Shown here: positions 36,441 to 45,700 of the stretch, piece after piece
Layout of the letters: the number at the start of each line of letters is the position of its first letter
Numbering within the stretch: the stretch's first letter is position 1
Source of the DNA: Sedimentisphaerales bacterium
GTDB lineage: Bacteria; Planctomycetota; Phycisphaerae; Sedimentisphaerales; SM23-30
Length of the DNA: 64,000 bases
Assembly (NCBI GenBank): GCA_963666285.1
Contig: OY762712.1
Direction: 5' to 3' (one strand)
Made by a program: the position numbers and the translations under genes
The notes under the pieces: generated by a model
Database searches by the model: none
What the model saw: the letters and a program-made list of their open reading frames with translations, nothing else
What the model was told of the DNA's origin: nothing

Positions 36441-37127
36441 ATGCCGTCAGTAATTAAATCAAATAATTACCCTGAACTTGAAGGTATTGCAATGGCTACT
36501 GAAATGATTGCGCTATTTGGCAATCAGATCCACATCTTCAGCCAAAAGCAGCAAAGCTACGCAGATCCCGATGATTGCTTTGAGAACTTTAGATTAGCTG
36601 GCAAATTGTCCAAACAGTCCCCGGAATGTGCATTGTATGGGATGGTCTTAAAACACGCTGTCGCATGGGAAAGGGCGTATTTGCTTTTAGCAAATGAAGA
36701 GAAGCTTTATCCACCGGAATTTTACCTTGATAAACTGGGCGATATACTTGTTTATGCTGATTTTTGGCGTTGTATGGCTCATGCCAGACTGGACCAAAAA
36801 GCCTATGAGCCTGATGAATTACCGAAAGTTAAACGAGCAGATCAGGCTTTAAGTGCTGCTTCCAGATATAAGTCTATTACAGAATGGATGGGGCAGGAGT
36901 GGGGTATATCCAGGGATTTCTGGCCTACAGTTAAAGCCCAATATGCAGAGTTAAGCGATGCTTTCGATCAGTGTCGCTATCATATATTCCAGGATAAACC
37001 TGATATTTCCAATAGTCGTCAGTTAGTGATAGAAGCCGAACGTTGTCAACAAAGTTCAGCTATTCTTTATGCTGCAATGATTCTGGCATGGAACGCAAAT
37101 AATGGACAGGGGAGTGCTTATAGATAG
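36441..37127 (+). CDS. hypothetical early protein
   Basis: 228 aa with a GGGAGAGG RBS. No secure motif. Confidence 0.6.
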   Translation: MPSVIKSNNYPELEGIAMATEMIALFGNQIHIFSQKQQSYADPDDCFENFRLAGKLSKQSPECALYGMVLKHAVAWERAYLLLANEEKLYPPEFYLDKLGDILVYADFWRCMAHARLDQKAYEPDELPKVKRADQALSAASRYKSITEWMGQEWGISRDFWPTVKAQYAELSDAFDQCRYHIFQDKPDISNSRQLVIEAERCQQSSAILYAAMILAWNANNGQGSAYR

Positions 37128-37311
37128 ATCACAGTTAATCACAGTGGGTATGTTTGTTGTGCCATTCATACTTACAGCGGTCGTTAGCAGCTATCTGACT
37201 TACAGAGTCTTAAAGGCAGGCATTGAGATAGGCAGGGCGGTCAGGGATGATCGATCACTGTCAAATCAGGCTGATGGTCTTGATGCCGCTATTGATAGCG
37301 ATAACGATTAA
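37102..37311 (+). CDS. small TM protein
   Basis: 69 aa with TM helix ITVGMFVVPFILTAVVSSYL. Followed by a terminator. Confidence 0.45.
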   Translation: MDRGVLIDRSQLITVGMFVVPFILTAVVSSYLTYRVLKAGIEIGRAVRDDRSLSNQADGLDAAIDSDND

Positions 37312-37400
37312 ACCAGCCGGGGTAAGGAAACCCCGGCCCAAGATCAATCGTCCAGCCCGGCAAAGCGGACGTTTTTATATAGAGTTATATCGTATTAACC

Positions 37401-37428
37401 TCCCTGCTGCGGGCGGCAGGGATTTTTT
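37401..37428 (+). terminator. intrinsic terminator
   Basis: tccctgctgc-ggg-cggcaggga stem followed by TTTTTT. Confidence 0.65.
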
Positions 37429-37534
37429 ATATCATTGTCGCTGCTTCGGTCATAGAGAATTCAGCTTGAGTAACAGCATGTCCGCAGCAGCTTATATATT
37501 ATATTAACCTAATCATTACAAAGGAAAAGATGAG

Positions 37535-37951
37535 ATGGTAGGTATAAACCGTTCAGAACAGTTATTTGGCAAGGATGGGCAAAAGCAGGAGGGAAAGGAA
37601 GTTCACCCCTTTTTTAAGCTACTGGAAGATTTGAAAAATAATCTTGATGGCAGTAGTGCTTTTGAGGATATGGCGGAAAAGTCAAAAGTAAGTAGTTTTT
37701 TGGAAGAATTAACAAATCAGATCAAAGCAAATGAAATACTTACCAAAAAGTCAATGACTTTTATTGCATGTGAAGTGGATCGGCTTGAAGGTAATTGCAG
37801 TTTTAAGACAAGCGTTTTGGTTTCAGTTTCCAGTTCGGTCTTATTTAATATTTTAGGCGGCCTTTCTGATTTGGGAATGCCTAATGAGGTACGAGGAAAA
37901 GTTATTGATACTTTAATAGAGCAGTTAATAAAGATAAAAAGGGGAGGGTAA
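37535..37951 (+). CDS. hypothetical protein
   Basis: 138 aa with an AAAGGA RBS. Confidence 0.55.
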   Translation: MVGINRSEQLFGKDGQKQEGKEVHPFFKLLEDLKNNLDGSSAFEDMAEKSKVSSFLEELTNQIKANEILTKKSMTFIACEVDRLEGNCSFKTSVLVSVSSSVLFNILGGLSDLGMPNEVRGKVIDTLIEQLIKIKRGG

Positions 37952-38226
37952 TGAGTAATTTTTTAGTAATAACTGAAATTGACGATGGCTGCGAGTACGA
38001 GCATTTAATCAATATAAATTGTATAGATGATATTAGCATTTCAGAAAATCATATAGACCAATGCCAGTATGAAACAACTGAGACAGACGGCAGAGCGGAA
38101 ATATGGATATCAAATATAGCTAATATCCATACAGGTGAGCCTGAAGGGTTTCGGCCTTCATTTAGAGTTAAGGAAACTTATCAGAATATAAAAGCCAGGC
38201 TTGAGAAAGCCGGGGCATTAATTTAA
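37951..38226 (+). CDS. hypothetical protein
   Basis: 91 aa, start coupled (TAATG) to the previous gene. Confidence 0.55.
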   Translation: MSNFLVITEIDDGCEYEHLININCIDDISISENHIDQCQYETTETDGRAEIWISNIANIHTGEPEGFRPSFRVKETYQNIKARLEKAGALI

Positions 38227-38253
38227 TAACAACTAACCGAAAGGCAAACAGCA

Positions 38254-38835
38254 ATGAATACACAACAATGTTCAAATCCGGTGCCTGCAACCTTAAAGCC
38301 GTATATGGCTGTTAAGATGGTATCGGCAGGGCCGCTAACGAGAGGTGCCTATGATGAATGGAGAGGGCAGGACACTCCAAAATCATACGAACCAGGCGAT
38401 AATGGATACCTGGTCCAGTATTATGGAGGGTATATTTCCTGGTGTCCTAAAGAGGAATTTGAAAAGTTCAATCTGCCATTAACGGAATATGGCTGCATAA
38501 CCGATCAGGAAGTTGATCTTATGTTAGGTCAGGTCTCTATTGAAACTCGTGAGCCTAAAACTACGTTTGCAGAAGTTAATATGCTGACCGGGTTTTATGA
38601 TATGGACCATTCCAGTTGTGTCAGACCAGACAACTATGATGAAAAAATAGGTGCTGACAACGCTGTCAGGAAGATTCGTAACAGATTGTGGGGACATTTA
38701 GGCTTTATGCTTCAATGGGCTATAAGCGGCCTTACAGGGAATATGTTGCCGGAAATAGATGAGACGGATAGTGAGCCGCCATATATCAATGAAAAAGACA
38801 ATGCGGAGGTATCTATATCGAATAATCAGTTGTAA
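38254..38835 (+). CDS. Gp49/Gp66-family-like phage protein
   Basis: The C-terminal SSCVRPDNYDEKIGADNAVRKIRNRLWGHLGF resembles the conserved end of the N4 Gp49 / Sf6 Gp66 family. The N-terminal DNGYLVQYYGGYISWCPKEEFE motif is also seen there (from memory). Confidence 0.5.
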   Translation: MNTQQCSNPVPATLKPYMAVKMVSAGPLTRGAYDEWRGQDTPKSYEPGDNGYLVQYYGGYISWCPKEEFEKFNLPLTEYGCITDQEVDLMLGQVSIETREPKTTFAEVNMLTGFYDMDHSSCVRPDNYDEKIGADNAVRKIRNRLWGHLGFMLQWAISGLTGNMLPEIDETDSEPPYINEKDNAEVSISNNQL

Positions 38836-38896
38836 TCTCTTCACTGTATTGGGCCGTACTTATGTGTCGGCCCATATTTTTTGTTCACGGATCGAT

Positions 38897-39634
38897 ATGG
38901 CAAAGAAACAGATATATTGGATAAGTATGGACCCGTCAGATTTTCTGAAAGATAATGACTGGGTTTATAATTTTTCCGCTGAACAACGGGGAGTATATTG
39001 GCATTTGTATGTAGAAGTTGCTGATGCCGGTGGCGGTGTCGATTATCTCATAGAAGAGATATCGGTACGGTGTAAAGCTCCTCCAGATGTGGTGGATTAT
39101 ATTATCAGGAAAAAGTTTTATTTAGTGAAACATAAAGGAAGGAATAGTAAAAATAAACCGCTTCAAATCAGACATAAAACCATTGATTTAAAAATAAAGG
39201 AGGCAAAAAAACGCGTAAGTGACGCTCAGAAAGCAATTAACAAACGTTGGCAAAATGATACGCCCGTATTACCGGGGGAACAACGAGGGAATTACTATAA
39301 GAATAGAATAGACAATAATAGAAAAGAATTTTTAAAAAAATATAATAAAAAAGAAATTTCAGACTTTCACAAAGCCTTGAAATCGTGGTCTGTGCGCCGG
39401 GGGATACCTCCCGATTCGATACCGGAACGTGAATGCAACCAGCTCCTGGAACTGCTTGTCCAGATGCCGGTTGACCGTATCTGCGAAATGATCGAAAGCG
39501 ATGTGGTTGCGTTTACTCCCAAGAGCCTGGTAGTCGAATGGAGCAAGCGCCAGCAGCCGGAGAAGCAGAGTATGGCCGAACAATTGCGGCAATATCGACA
39601 GCAGAATAAGCGTGATAGGGGAGCTGACCGGTGA
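38897..39634 (+). CDS. DUF1376 (YdaU)-like replication-associated protein (start revised)
   Basis: MAKKQIYWISMDPSDFLKDNDWVYNFSAEQRGVYWHLY fits the DUF1376 N-terminal pattern. The track start at 38759 would overlap the previous gene by 77 nt. Confidence 0.45.
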   Translation: MAKKQIYWISMDPSDFLKDNDWVYNFSAEQRGVYWHLYVEVADAGGGVDYLIEEISVRCKAPPDVVDYIIRKKFYLVKHKGRNSKNKPLQIRHKTIDLKIKEAKKRVSDAQKAINKRWQNDTPVLPGEQRGNYYKNRIDNNRKEFLKKYNKKEISDFHKALKSWSVRRGIPPDSIPERECNQLLELLVQMPVDRICEMIESDVVAFTPKSLVVEWSKRQQPEKQSMAEQLRQYRQQNKRDRGADR

Positions 39635-40332
39635 GCGAGATTTCCGATCATGTGACCAGGGTATTCGAGGGCTACGGCTATGATTATTCCGGCTGTATGG
39701 CGATTGTTGATGAGATCATCCATGCTTGCGAAACTGTCGGTATGACACCCGAAGAGTTCGATAATACCCACGCTAATTATCGCACACAATACACAATCAA
39801 ACCGTCCGGTTGGCGTGTGTTTGCGAAATTTCGTCCCAGGCGATCCAGTGGCGAAAATGTCGATCAGCAGGCCCGTAACCACATCTTTCACTGGATTGAA
39901 CGTGAAGGCTGGCGAGCCGGTTTGAAGATCATTTACGACGGTGTTTGCGGCGATAAACCCAGGAAGCTTGCCGAATTGTGGGGCTTGGATATTGAAGACC
40001 CGGAGTATGCTGGATTGCCTGAAAACTGGCAGCGGTATTTTGAACTGCTGCATAGCGGCAATATGTATGCAGCCTATATTTTTATGGCACAAAGCATGAT
40101 CGGTGATAGTGATCGATGGCAGAGATTAGCAGACCAGGCAGAAGCAAATCCTGCACTGGCTCTCAACAGTCAGCCATACTTGAAACGGCTGGTGGAAGAT
40201 GGTGAAGTTGCACTCGTCAGCCTACCTTGTGAAAAGCGAAATAAGCGTAAATGGATAGTACCATCTCGAAATGAAAGAGGTAAAAAACATGATGATGAAC
40301 CAGCAAGAGGACCAGGTGAGTTTTTGTTCTAG
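39631..40332 (+). CDS. hypothetical protein (locally GC-richer segment)
   Basis: 233 aa, GTG start overlapping the previous stop. Confidence 0.5.
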   Translation: MSEISDHVTRVFEGYGYDYSGCMAIVDEIIHACETVGMTPEEFDNTHANYRTQYTIKPSGWRVFAKFRPRRSSGENVDQQARNHIFHWIEREGWRAGLKIIYDGVCGDKPRKLAELWGLDIEDPEYAGLPENWQRYFELLHSGNMYAAYIFMAQSMIGDSDRWQRLADQAEANPALALNSQPYLKRLVEDGEVALVSLPCEKRNKRKWIVPSRNERGKKHDDEPARGPGEFLF

Positions 40333-40452
40333 CGAACAGGATTACTCGATGTTGTCGGCAGAACAACTATTGGCGTTGTTGCAGATAGGGCTGATAAACG
40401 AAGAAGATATATGTTGTTGAGATAAACCCTAAAATTGTAGAAAGGACAAATA

Positions 40453-40587
40453 ATGGCAAAATGGTGTAACTTCTTTGATATGTGGTGCAGAGAGGTCAGA
40501 AAAGAACATGGCGAAGATTATAAAGATATCTGCGGTGGCGAAGGATGTAATGACAATTGTAATGAATTTGAAGAGGTAGAATCGTGA
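40453..40587 (+). CDS. 44-aa Cys-rich mini-protein (candidate)
   Basis: MAKWCNFFDMWCREVRKEHGEDYKDICGGEGCNDNCNEFEEVES. AAAGGA lies 6 nt upstream. The stop overlaps the next start (GTGA). Confidence 0.3.
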   Translation: MAKWCNFFDMWCREVRKEHGEDYKDICGGEGCNDNCNEFEEVES

Positions 40588-40820
40588 TAAATAATATGCC
40601 GGGACTTCTGGTTAGCCGTATAACCGGCAAAGCAGAGGTTTTAAGAGTAAAGGATATTGCTGATATAAGACCTGACAGTTCACCGGCAGGGGGAAGCTGG
40701 ATCACGCTTATAACCGGCAATGAGATTTGGGTTAGCCAGTCATCAGAAATGTTGAACTACCTCACCGGTTATCATTTGGAAAAACGGAAAGTTGATAAAA
40801 TGCTGAAGGGGGGAATATAG
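40584..40820 (+). CDS. hypothetical protein
   Basis: 78-aa ORF followed by a terminator. Confidence 0.45.
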   Translation: MINNMPGLLVSRITGKAEVLRVKDIADIRPDSSPAGGSWITLITGNEIWVSQSSEMLNYLTGYHLEKRKVDKMLKGGI

Positions 40821-40862
40821 CTTATTTATAATACATAACATCTTTTCCCATATTAAATTTAG

Positions 40863-40888
40863 GCCCGGCCTGGTCCGGGCTGATTTTT
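40863..40888 (+). terminator. intrinsic terminator
   Basis: gcccgg-cctggt-ccgggc stem followed by tgattttt. Confidence 0.6.
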
Positions 40889-40892
40889 ACTG

Positions 40893-40922
40893 TTGACTGG
40901 ATTAGTGGTTGCAGGTTACAAT
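40893..40922 (+). promoter_or_regulatory. sigma70-like promoter for the wHTH-integrase pair
   Basis: TTGACT (40893-40898), an 18-nt spacer, then TACAAT (40917-40922). A GGAGG RBS precedes 40960. Confidence 0.4.
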
Positions 40923-40959
40923 ATTACCCAATGGTTAATACGATAATGGAGGATATCGT

Positions 40960-41238
40960 ATGGGGTGTAATCGTAACACTGCAATTGTTTTGACAGCGTT
41001 AGCTGAAAAAACATGTTCAATTCAAGAACTTACAAAGTTAGTCGGTAATGTTTCCAGTGTCCGTTCAGCTATACACAGGCTGAGAAGATGGGGCTGGCAT
41101 ATTGTTATGTGTCAGTATTCTGTTGGTGTATGTGCATATTATATTGTCGATACCGATCAGAGGATAGCTGCCGGCAAATTATCAAAAGGCGATCTTAACC
41201 GTAAGATGATCTTGCCTTCCAGGAAGGGGGGTAAATAA
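40960..41238 (+). CDS. small winged-helix protein (excisionase/regulator candidate)
   Basis: 92 aa. CSIQELTKLVGNVSSVRSAIHRLRRWGW is HTH-like. Coupled 1 nt (TAATG) to the integrase. Confidence 0.5.
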   Translation: MGCNRNTAIVLTALAEKTCSIQELTKLVGNVSSVRSAIHRLRRWGWHIVMCQYSVGVCAYYIVDTDQRIAAGKLSKGDLNRKMILPSRKGGK

Positions 41239-42272
41239 TGAGAAAGCCTCAACTTCATCATTACAAAAAAAGATTTACTTTTCGCTGGGAAGATAAGTTA
41301 ACGGGAACAAACAGAAGTCGTGTTTTACCCAAAGGGATAGATCGTGAAGAAGCTGAAAGGAGACGAAATGATTTTTGTATCGATCTTGATAATGTAACAT
41401 GGGATCGATGGTGTGAAATTGATATTCAGACACACAGTAGCAAGGTGCGGGAAAGCTCAATAGATAGTATTGACAGAACGTACAGGCATATCTCAAGGCT
41501 ATTAGGTCCAGACTATCTAAGAGATATTGACTCTAATATGGTCTTGGAATATCGCCGTATCCGGTACGAGGAGGGATGCAAGCCTGGTACAATAAATACA
41601 GAACTTGCGGTAATACAGGCCGCATTTAACCGCGCAATAAAACGAGATGTTGTAAATTACAATCCAGTTGATAGCTCGATGAGGTGTAATGTTGATGAAA
41701 AACCAATATCAATTGTGTCGGATTATTATTATCAAATTTTATTAGAAGCTGCACCTACTTTTGACTGGGAACTTATTATAGCTATTGGATATCATGTCGG
41801 ATTGAGGATAGGGGAGATATTAGCATTAAACACCTGGGATATTAATATTGACCATTATGAACTTTATATAACAAATACCAAGGTACATAAACTTAAAAGC
41901 GGCAGAAACAGGGTTGTACCTATACCGCTACCGTTATATGGTTATCTCGTTAAACGGCTTAAAGAAGGTCCAAGAGGTAGGGTTATAGGTTCGGTAAGTA
42001 TGAAGCCCAATAAACATTGCAGCTATAATGTTAATAATGCCAGTCGGAACTTTGCCAGGATATGTGAAAAAGCCGGACTGGTAAATGAATTAGATAAGAA
42101 CGTGTACACGACTCATTCATTACGTAGAACCTGTATAACTGACTGGATCAGGAAAGGTTGTAGCGTTGAAGAAGTAAAGGAGATGGCCGGACATAAGTCC
42201 ATTGTCACAACTCTGAAGTATTATTGCCAGACTGCTGAAATAGAATCTGCCAAAAAGAAACTTGTGCGATAG
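41238..42272 (+). CDS. int: tyrosine recombinase / phage integrase
   Basis: GLRIGEILAL (Arg), HSLRRT (H-x-x-R), GHKSIVTTLKYY (His ... catalytic Tyr). 344 aa. Confidence 0.9.
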   Translation: MRKPQLHHYKKRFTFRWEDKLTGTNRSRVLPKGIDREEAERRRNDFCIDLDNVTWDRWCEIDIQTHSSKVRESSIDSIDRTYRHISRLLGPDYLRDIDSNMVLEYRRIRYEEGCKPGTINTELAVIQAAFNRAIKRDVVNYNPVDSSMRCNVDEKPISIVSDYYYQILLEAAPTFDWELIIAIGYHVGLRIGEILALNTWDINIDHYELYITNTKVHKLKSGRNRVVPIPLPLYGYLVKRLKEGPRGRVIGSVSMKPNKHCSYNVNNASRNFARICEKAGLVNELDKNVYTTHSLRRTCITDWIRKGCSVEEVKEMAGHKSIVTTLKYYCQTAEIESAKKKLVR

Positions 42273-42287
42273 TAGGGGGGCATTAAT

Positions 42288-42695
42288 GTGGGTTATGACA
42301 AACCAACCAAGTATGAACTGCGCCAACGTAGATTAGAAACCATAATGCAGAAGATATTCTATCAATGCTGGCAGAATGCCTTGAAAGAATGCAACGATAA
42401 CAATATAGCATTTTCCAGGGCTGTATCTGACACTATGGCTTTATATCGGAGTAATAGCAAAGATAAACGTGTTTTGGCAATATGTTATCATCGTATGACA
42501 ATGTACCACAAAGTATTTCTAAAGGAAGGAGGTGTCAGAAAATACAGGTTAGCAATCAATGTTTTAAGATATGTCAGGTTGATAGTTCAAATCAAACCTT
42601 CAGTCGCTATCGCGATCAAGGATTACGTGGCAGATATAAAAAAATATCTGGAAATAAATTATCCAGATATTGATATTGGCAGATATTTAAAATAA
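42288..42695 (+). CDS. hypothetical protein, last gene before the right repeat
   Basis: 135-aa ORF. Its stop codon abuts the first base of the repeat. Confidence 0.5.
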   Translation: MGYDKPTKYELRQRRLETIMQKIFYQCWQNALKECNDNNIAFSRAVSDTMALYRSNSKDKRVLAICYHRMTMYHKVFLKEGGVRKYRLAINVLRYVRLIVQIKPSVAIAIKDYVADIKKYLEINYPDIDIGRYLK

Positions 42696-42788
42696 AAAAG
42701 CCGGTACGATCTTGCCCTTATGATGTTATGGTCGGGATTCAGAAGGGAAAAATTAAAGACAAAACCGCACCAGCCAAAATTGAGTGTC
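42694..42788. repeat. right copy of the 95-nt direct repeat (att-like)
   Basis: Fills the whole gap between convergent genes 42288..42695 and 42799..46185. Confidence 0.9.
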
Positions 42789-42798
42789 TATTTAATTG

Positions 42799-45700
42799 TT
42801 ATTTAGAAGACTCTAATAACTGAGTCTTCATATACATTATATACAAATCCTTCTTAGCTTCAAGGATTTCCTTGAGAAGTTTCTTGTATTCCTTCTCAGG
42901 TATCTGGTCTTTGATTTCTTCGATGAAATTCTCTAGCTGAGTTAGCTGTAAAGCCATGATCTCAATAGTTGGATTCTGGCTATCAACTTTCCGCTTAGTA
43001 TCAATAAGATTTGAACGTGATAGCTTTCTGGTCACGATCTCATCAGATACAACCGGATCATGTTCTGTTGATGTAAGATCAAATACACTCATACTAGCGA
43101 TTGAAACCTCTGTTGTAACAGGTTCGACGTATGATGTGCTTTCAAGGCTCATTGTCATCGGTGAAGCCATAGCCATTGCAGCAACCATATCACTCATGGA
43201 ACTATTAGTTATATAGCAAGGTCGCCATAGCCAGTTATCAGCCAGGATTGAGAAATCATCCATATCAATGATATTGGCACTTGAACCGGTATCAGCCCAG
43301 TTATAATCTGGATTCCAGTCAGTTGGTCCATTTAGTAACCAGGTTGCTGCCATACCTGCAAATTCATACATATTAATTCTGCTGTCCAGATTAATATCGT
43401 ATATCGAGAATGTATCCCAGCATGAAATCTCATCAGCACCCATATCAACATCATCATCTTCTAACCTGTACGAACCGTCAATATCAAGCTCGTTGACTAT
43501 ATCCACAGCAGAGGTCAAACCAAGTTCTTTACAAGGTGATTCGATTGACAAATGAAGATCATAGAAGTCTGAATAATTAGGGTCATACGGATAAGCAAAT
43601 AGCGGATCACACTTGATATTACTGTTCGGGTCAGCTTCACATTCAAAAAGATTATTAGGGTCTAAATTTTGAATACAGTTATATGTTATATCTAATGGTC
43701 CGCTAATCTGGTTGTCATTTTTCCAGATGATATTGTTTGTAACTTTTACTTCACCATCAGCAGAAATACCATATCTATCATTTAGTGCTATTGTATTTCC
43801 CCTGATTTCATCAGAAGAATCAGCACCACTAAGATAAACACCGCCGTCATTTTTATGTATAAAACTATTCAAAATGGTAATGTCACCGTTGTTATCTGTG
43901 TGGATAGCACGGGAATCATTATTATAGATATTGCAATTGGCAATAGTAGCTGAAGAATTAGCGATATCAATACCATAGGTTCCACTATCTGTAATAGCAC
44001 AGAATGAAATCTCAGGGGCATTGCCTGTTGTGCTGGTATTGTCAATCTTAATTCCAGCCTGGCCACTGCCTTTTATGACAAAACCATTCAAAACAGTATC
44101 GTTACCAGTAATTGTTATTACGTTTGACTTATCAGCAGCACCATCTTCATCAGGATCGCCAGTCAGTATGGTTTTGTTCAAAACGATATTTCGCTGGTCC
44201 AAAGATGATTCATTACCTGCAAACCCTCCGTACATAGATAGTCCTTCATAGATAACAAAAGAGTCATCAGTTAAATCACAATATGATATTGGTGCATACG
44301 CGCCTGTAGCTACCCATATAGAGTCGTAATCGTAGTAGCTATCCTCGATAAACATCATTGCTTGGTTAATATCGGTGAATGCATTGCGCCAGGAAGTTCC
44401 CGATGTATAGCCTGTGGCATTCTGGTCCACATATACTACGCCTTGAACAGCACCGGTAGAGGTCCAATATCCTACCTCAAGATGATAGTGCCTTAAAACT
44501 CTATTCTGGTCGCTCTCATATTTAACGTGAAAATTGATTGATGTCCCAGGCTTTGCCAGTTCGCTAATGGTAAGAGTGAGTGTTTGGTTAACTACCGCTG
44601 GCATATCTCCGAGAGAAAAAGTATAGGCATGTAGCTTATCATCATAATTACCACTCATTGCTGTAGCAAAATCAATATTCATCTCAGGTGCGAGATATAA
44701 TTTAACGGTCAGGTTGGTGTCTGTGCCGCCAAAAGTGTCATTAACATTTATGTCTATTTCATCTCCGGGTAGAATGTCATAGTGAAAATCAGTATCATTT
44801 GGGTCTGTACTAAATCCACCTTGTGATAAATCAATTAGATTGTCCTCATTGTCATATACGAATAGATTGTTAGGGTCAATATTAGTAGGTTTGATTATAT
44901 CGAATCCTAATGGCATAAACTCAGCATACCAATCTAACGTAAAACCATAATAAACTGTGACTAAATCATCAGAATCTACCTCCACATCATAGTCATAATC
45001 GTAGGTACATCCAATGTCAACTCCTCCATTTGTTAGTTCAACGCTTTCCTTTATATCGAGTAAAGCTGGAAAAATATCATCTGCGGTGCTTCCACTATCA
45101 GCAGATAAGCCATTGGCAGAATTGTATAAATTAACAGTTGTATTATTAGTGTGTGAAAGTATGTATAATTTATCATCACCATTAAGCATATTAAGTAGCA
45201 TGTAGTTATCCAAGCTACCAAAACCACTGCCATCTTCCCCAGGGGTATATACCAATCTGTTGTTAGTGTTATAAACAGATACGGAGATATTATTGCTTGA
45301 GGCAACTTCATAATAATGACCGAAGTCTTGACGAGTGTCTGAATATTCGTACATTTTATGTTCGTAAACTTGTCCTTTATCTAAGGTAAAATCTAAAAAA
45401 CTATTTCCTTCCTGGGTTACAGTCACTTGTGTGTTATCTGTGTATCCAACAAAAACAAAGTATTTTTCGCTGCCATGAGAGGGGAAGTAAGTATAAAATT
45501 CCTGCCCGCTGAATGTTCCATTGCTTGCGGGGACATAGTATCCAGAATCTGTCATACAAAGTGCAGAAACCCCTTTGTTGGCGGTAATGCGTAACTTCTT
45601 TTCCCAAATTGAGTAAAAATCATCGGTGGTATTCCATTCCAGGTGTTCTCCTTTATTAATATAATTAGGATCAGATGGTCGCATGATAGATGAAAACTCT

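Larger units (their letters stand above)
31641..42788. mobile_element. integrase-bearing 11-kb module bounded by direct repeats (prophage lysogeny/replication arm or separate integrative element)
   Basis: Direct repeats at both ends, a tyrosine integrase next to the right repeat, its own Rep-plus-iteron set, and no structural genes. Confidence 0.5.

Noticed and set aside
39367-40092. 241-aa minus-strand ORF
   Set aside because: It lies in a GC-richer patch where antisense frames stay open. It opposes two coupled plus-strand genes and has no RBS. Kept only as a caveat.
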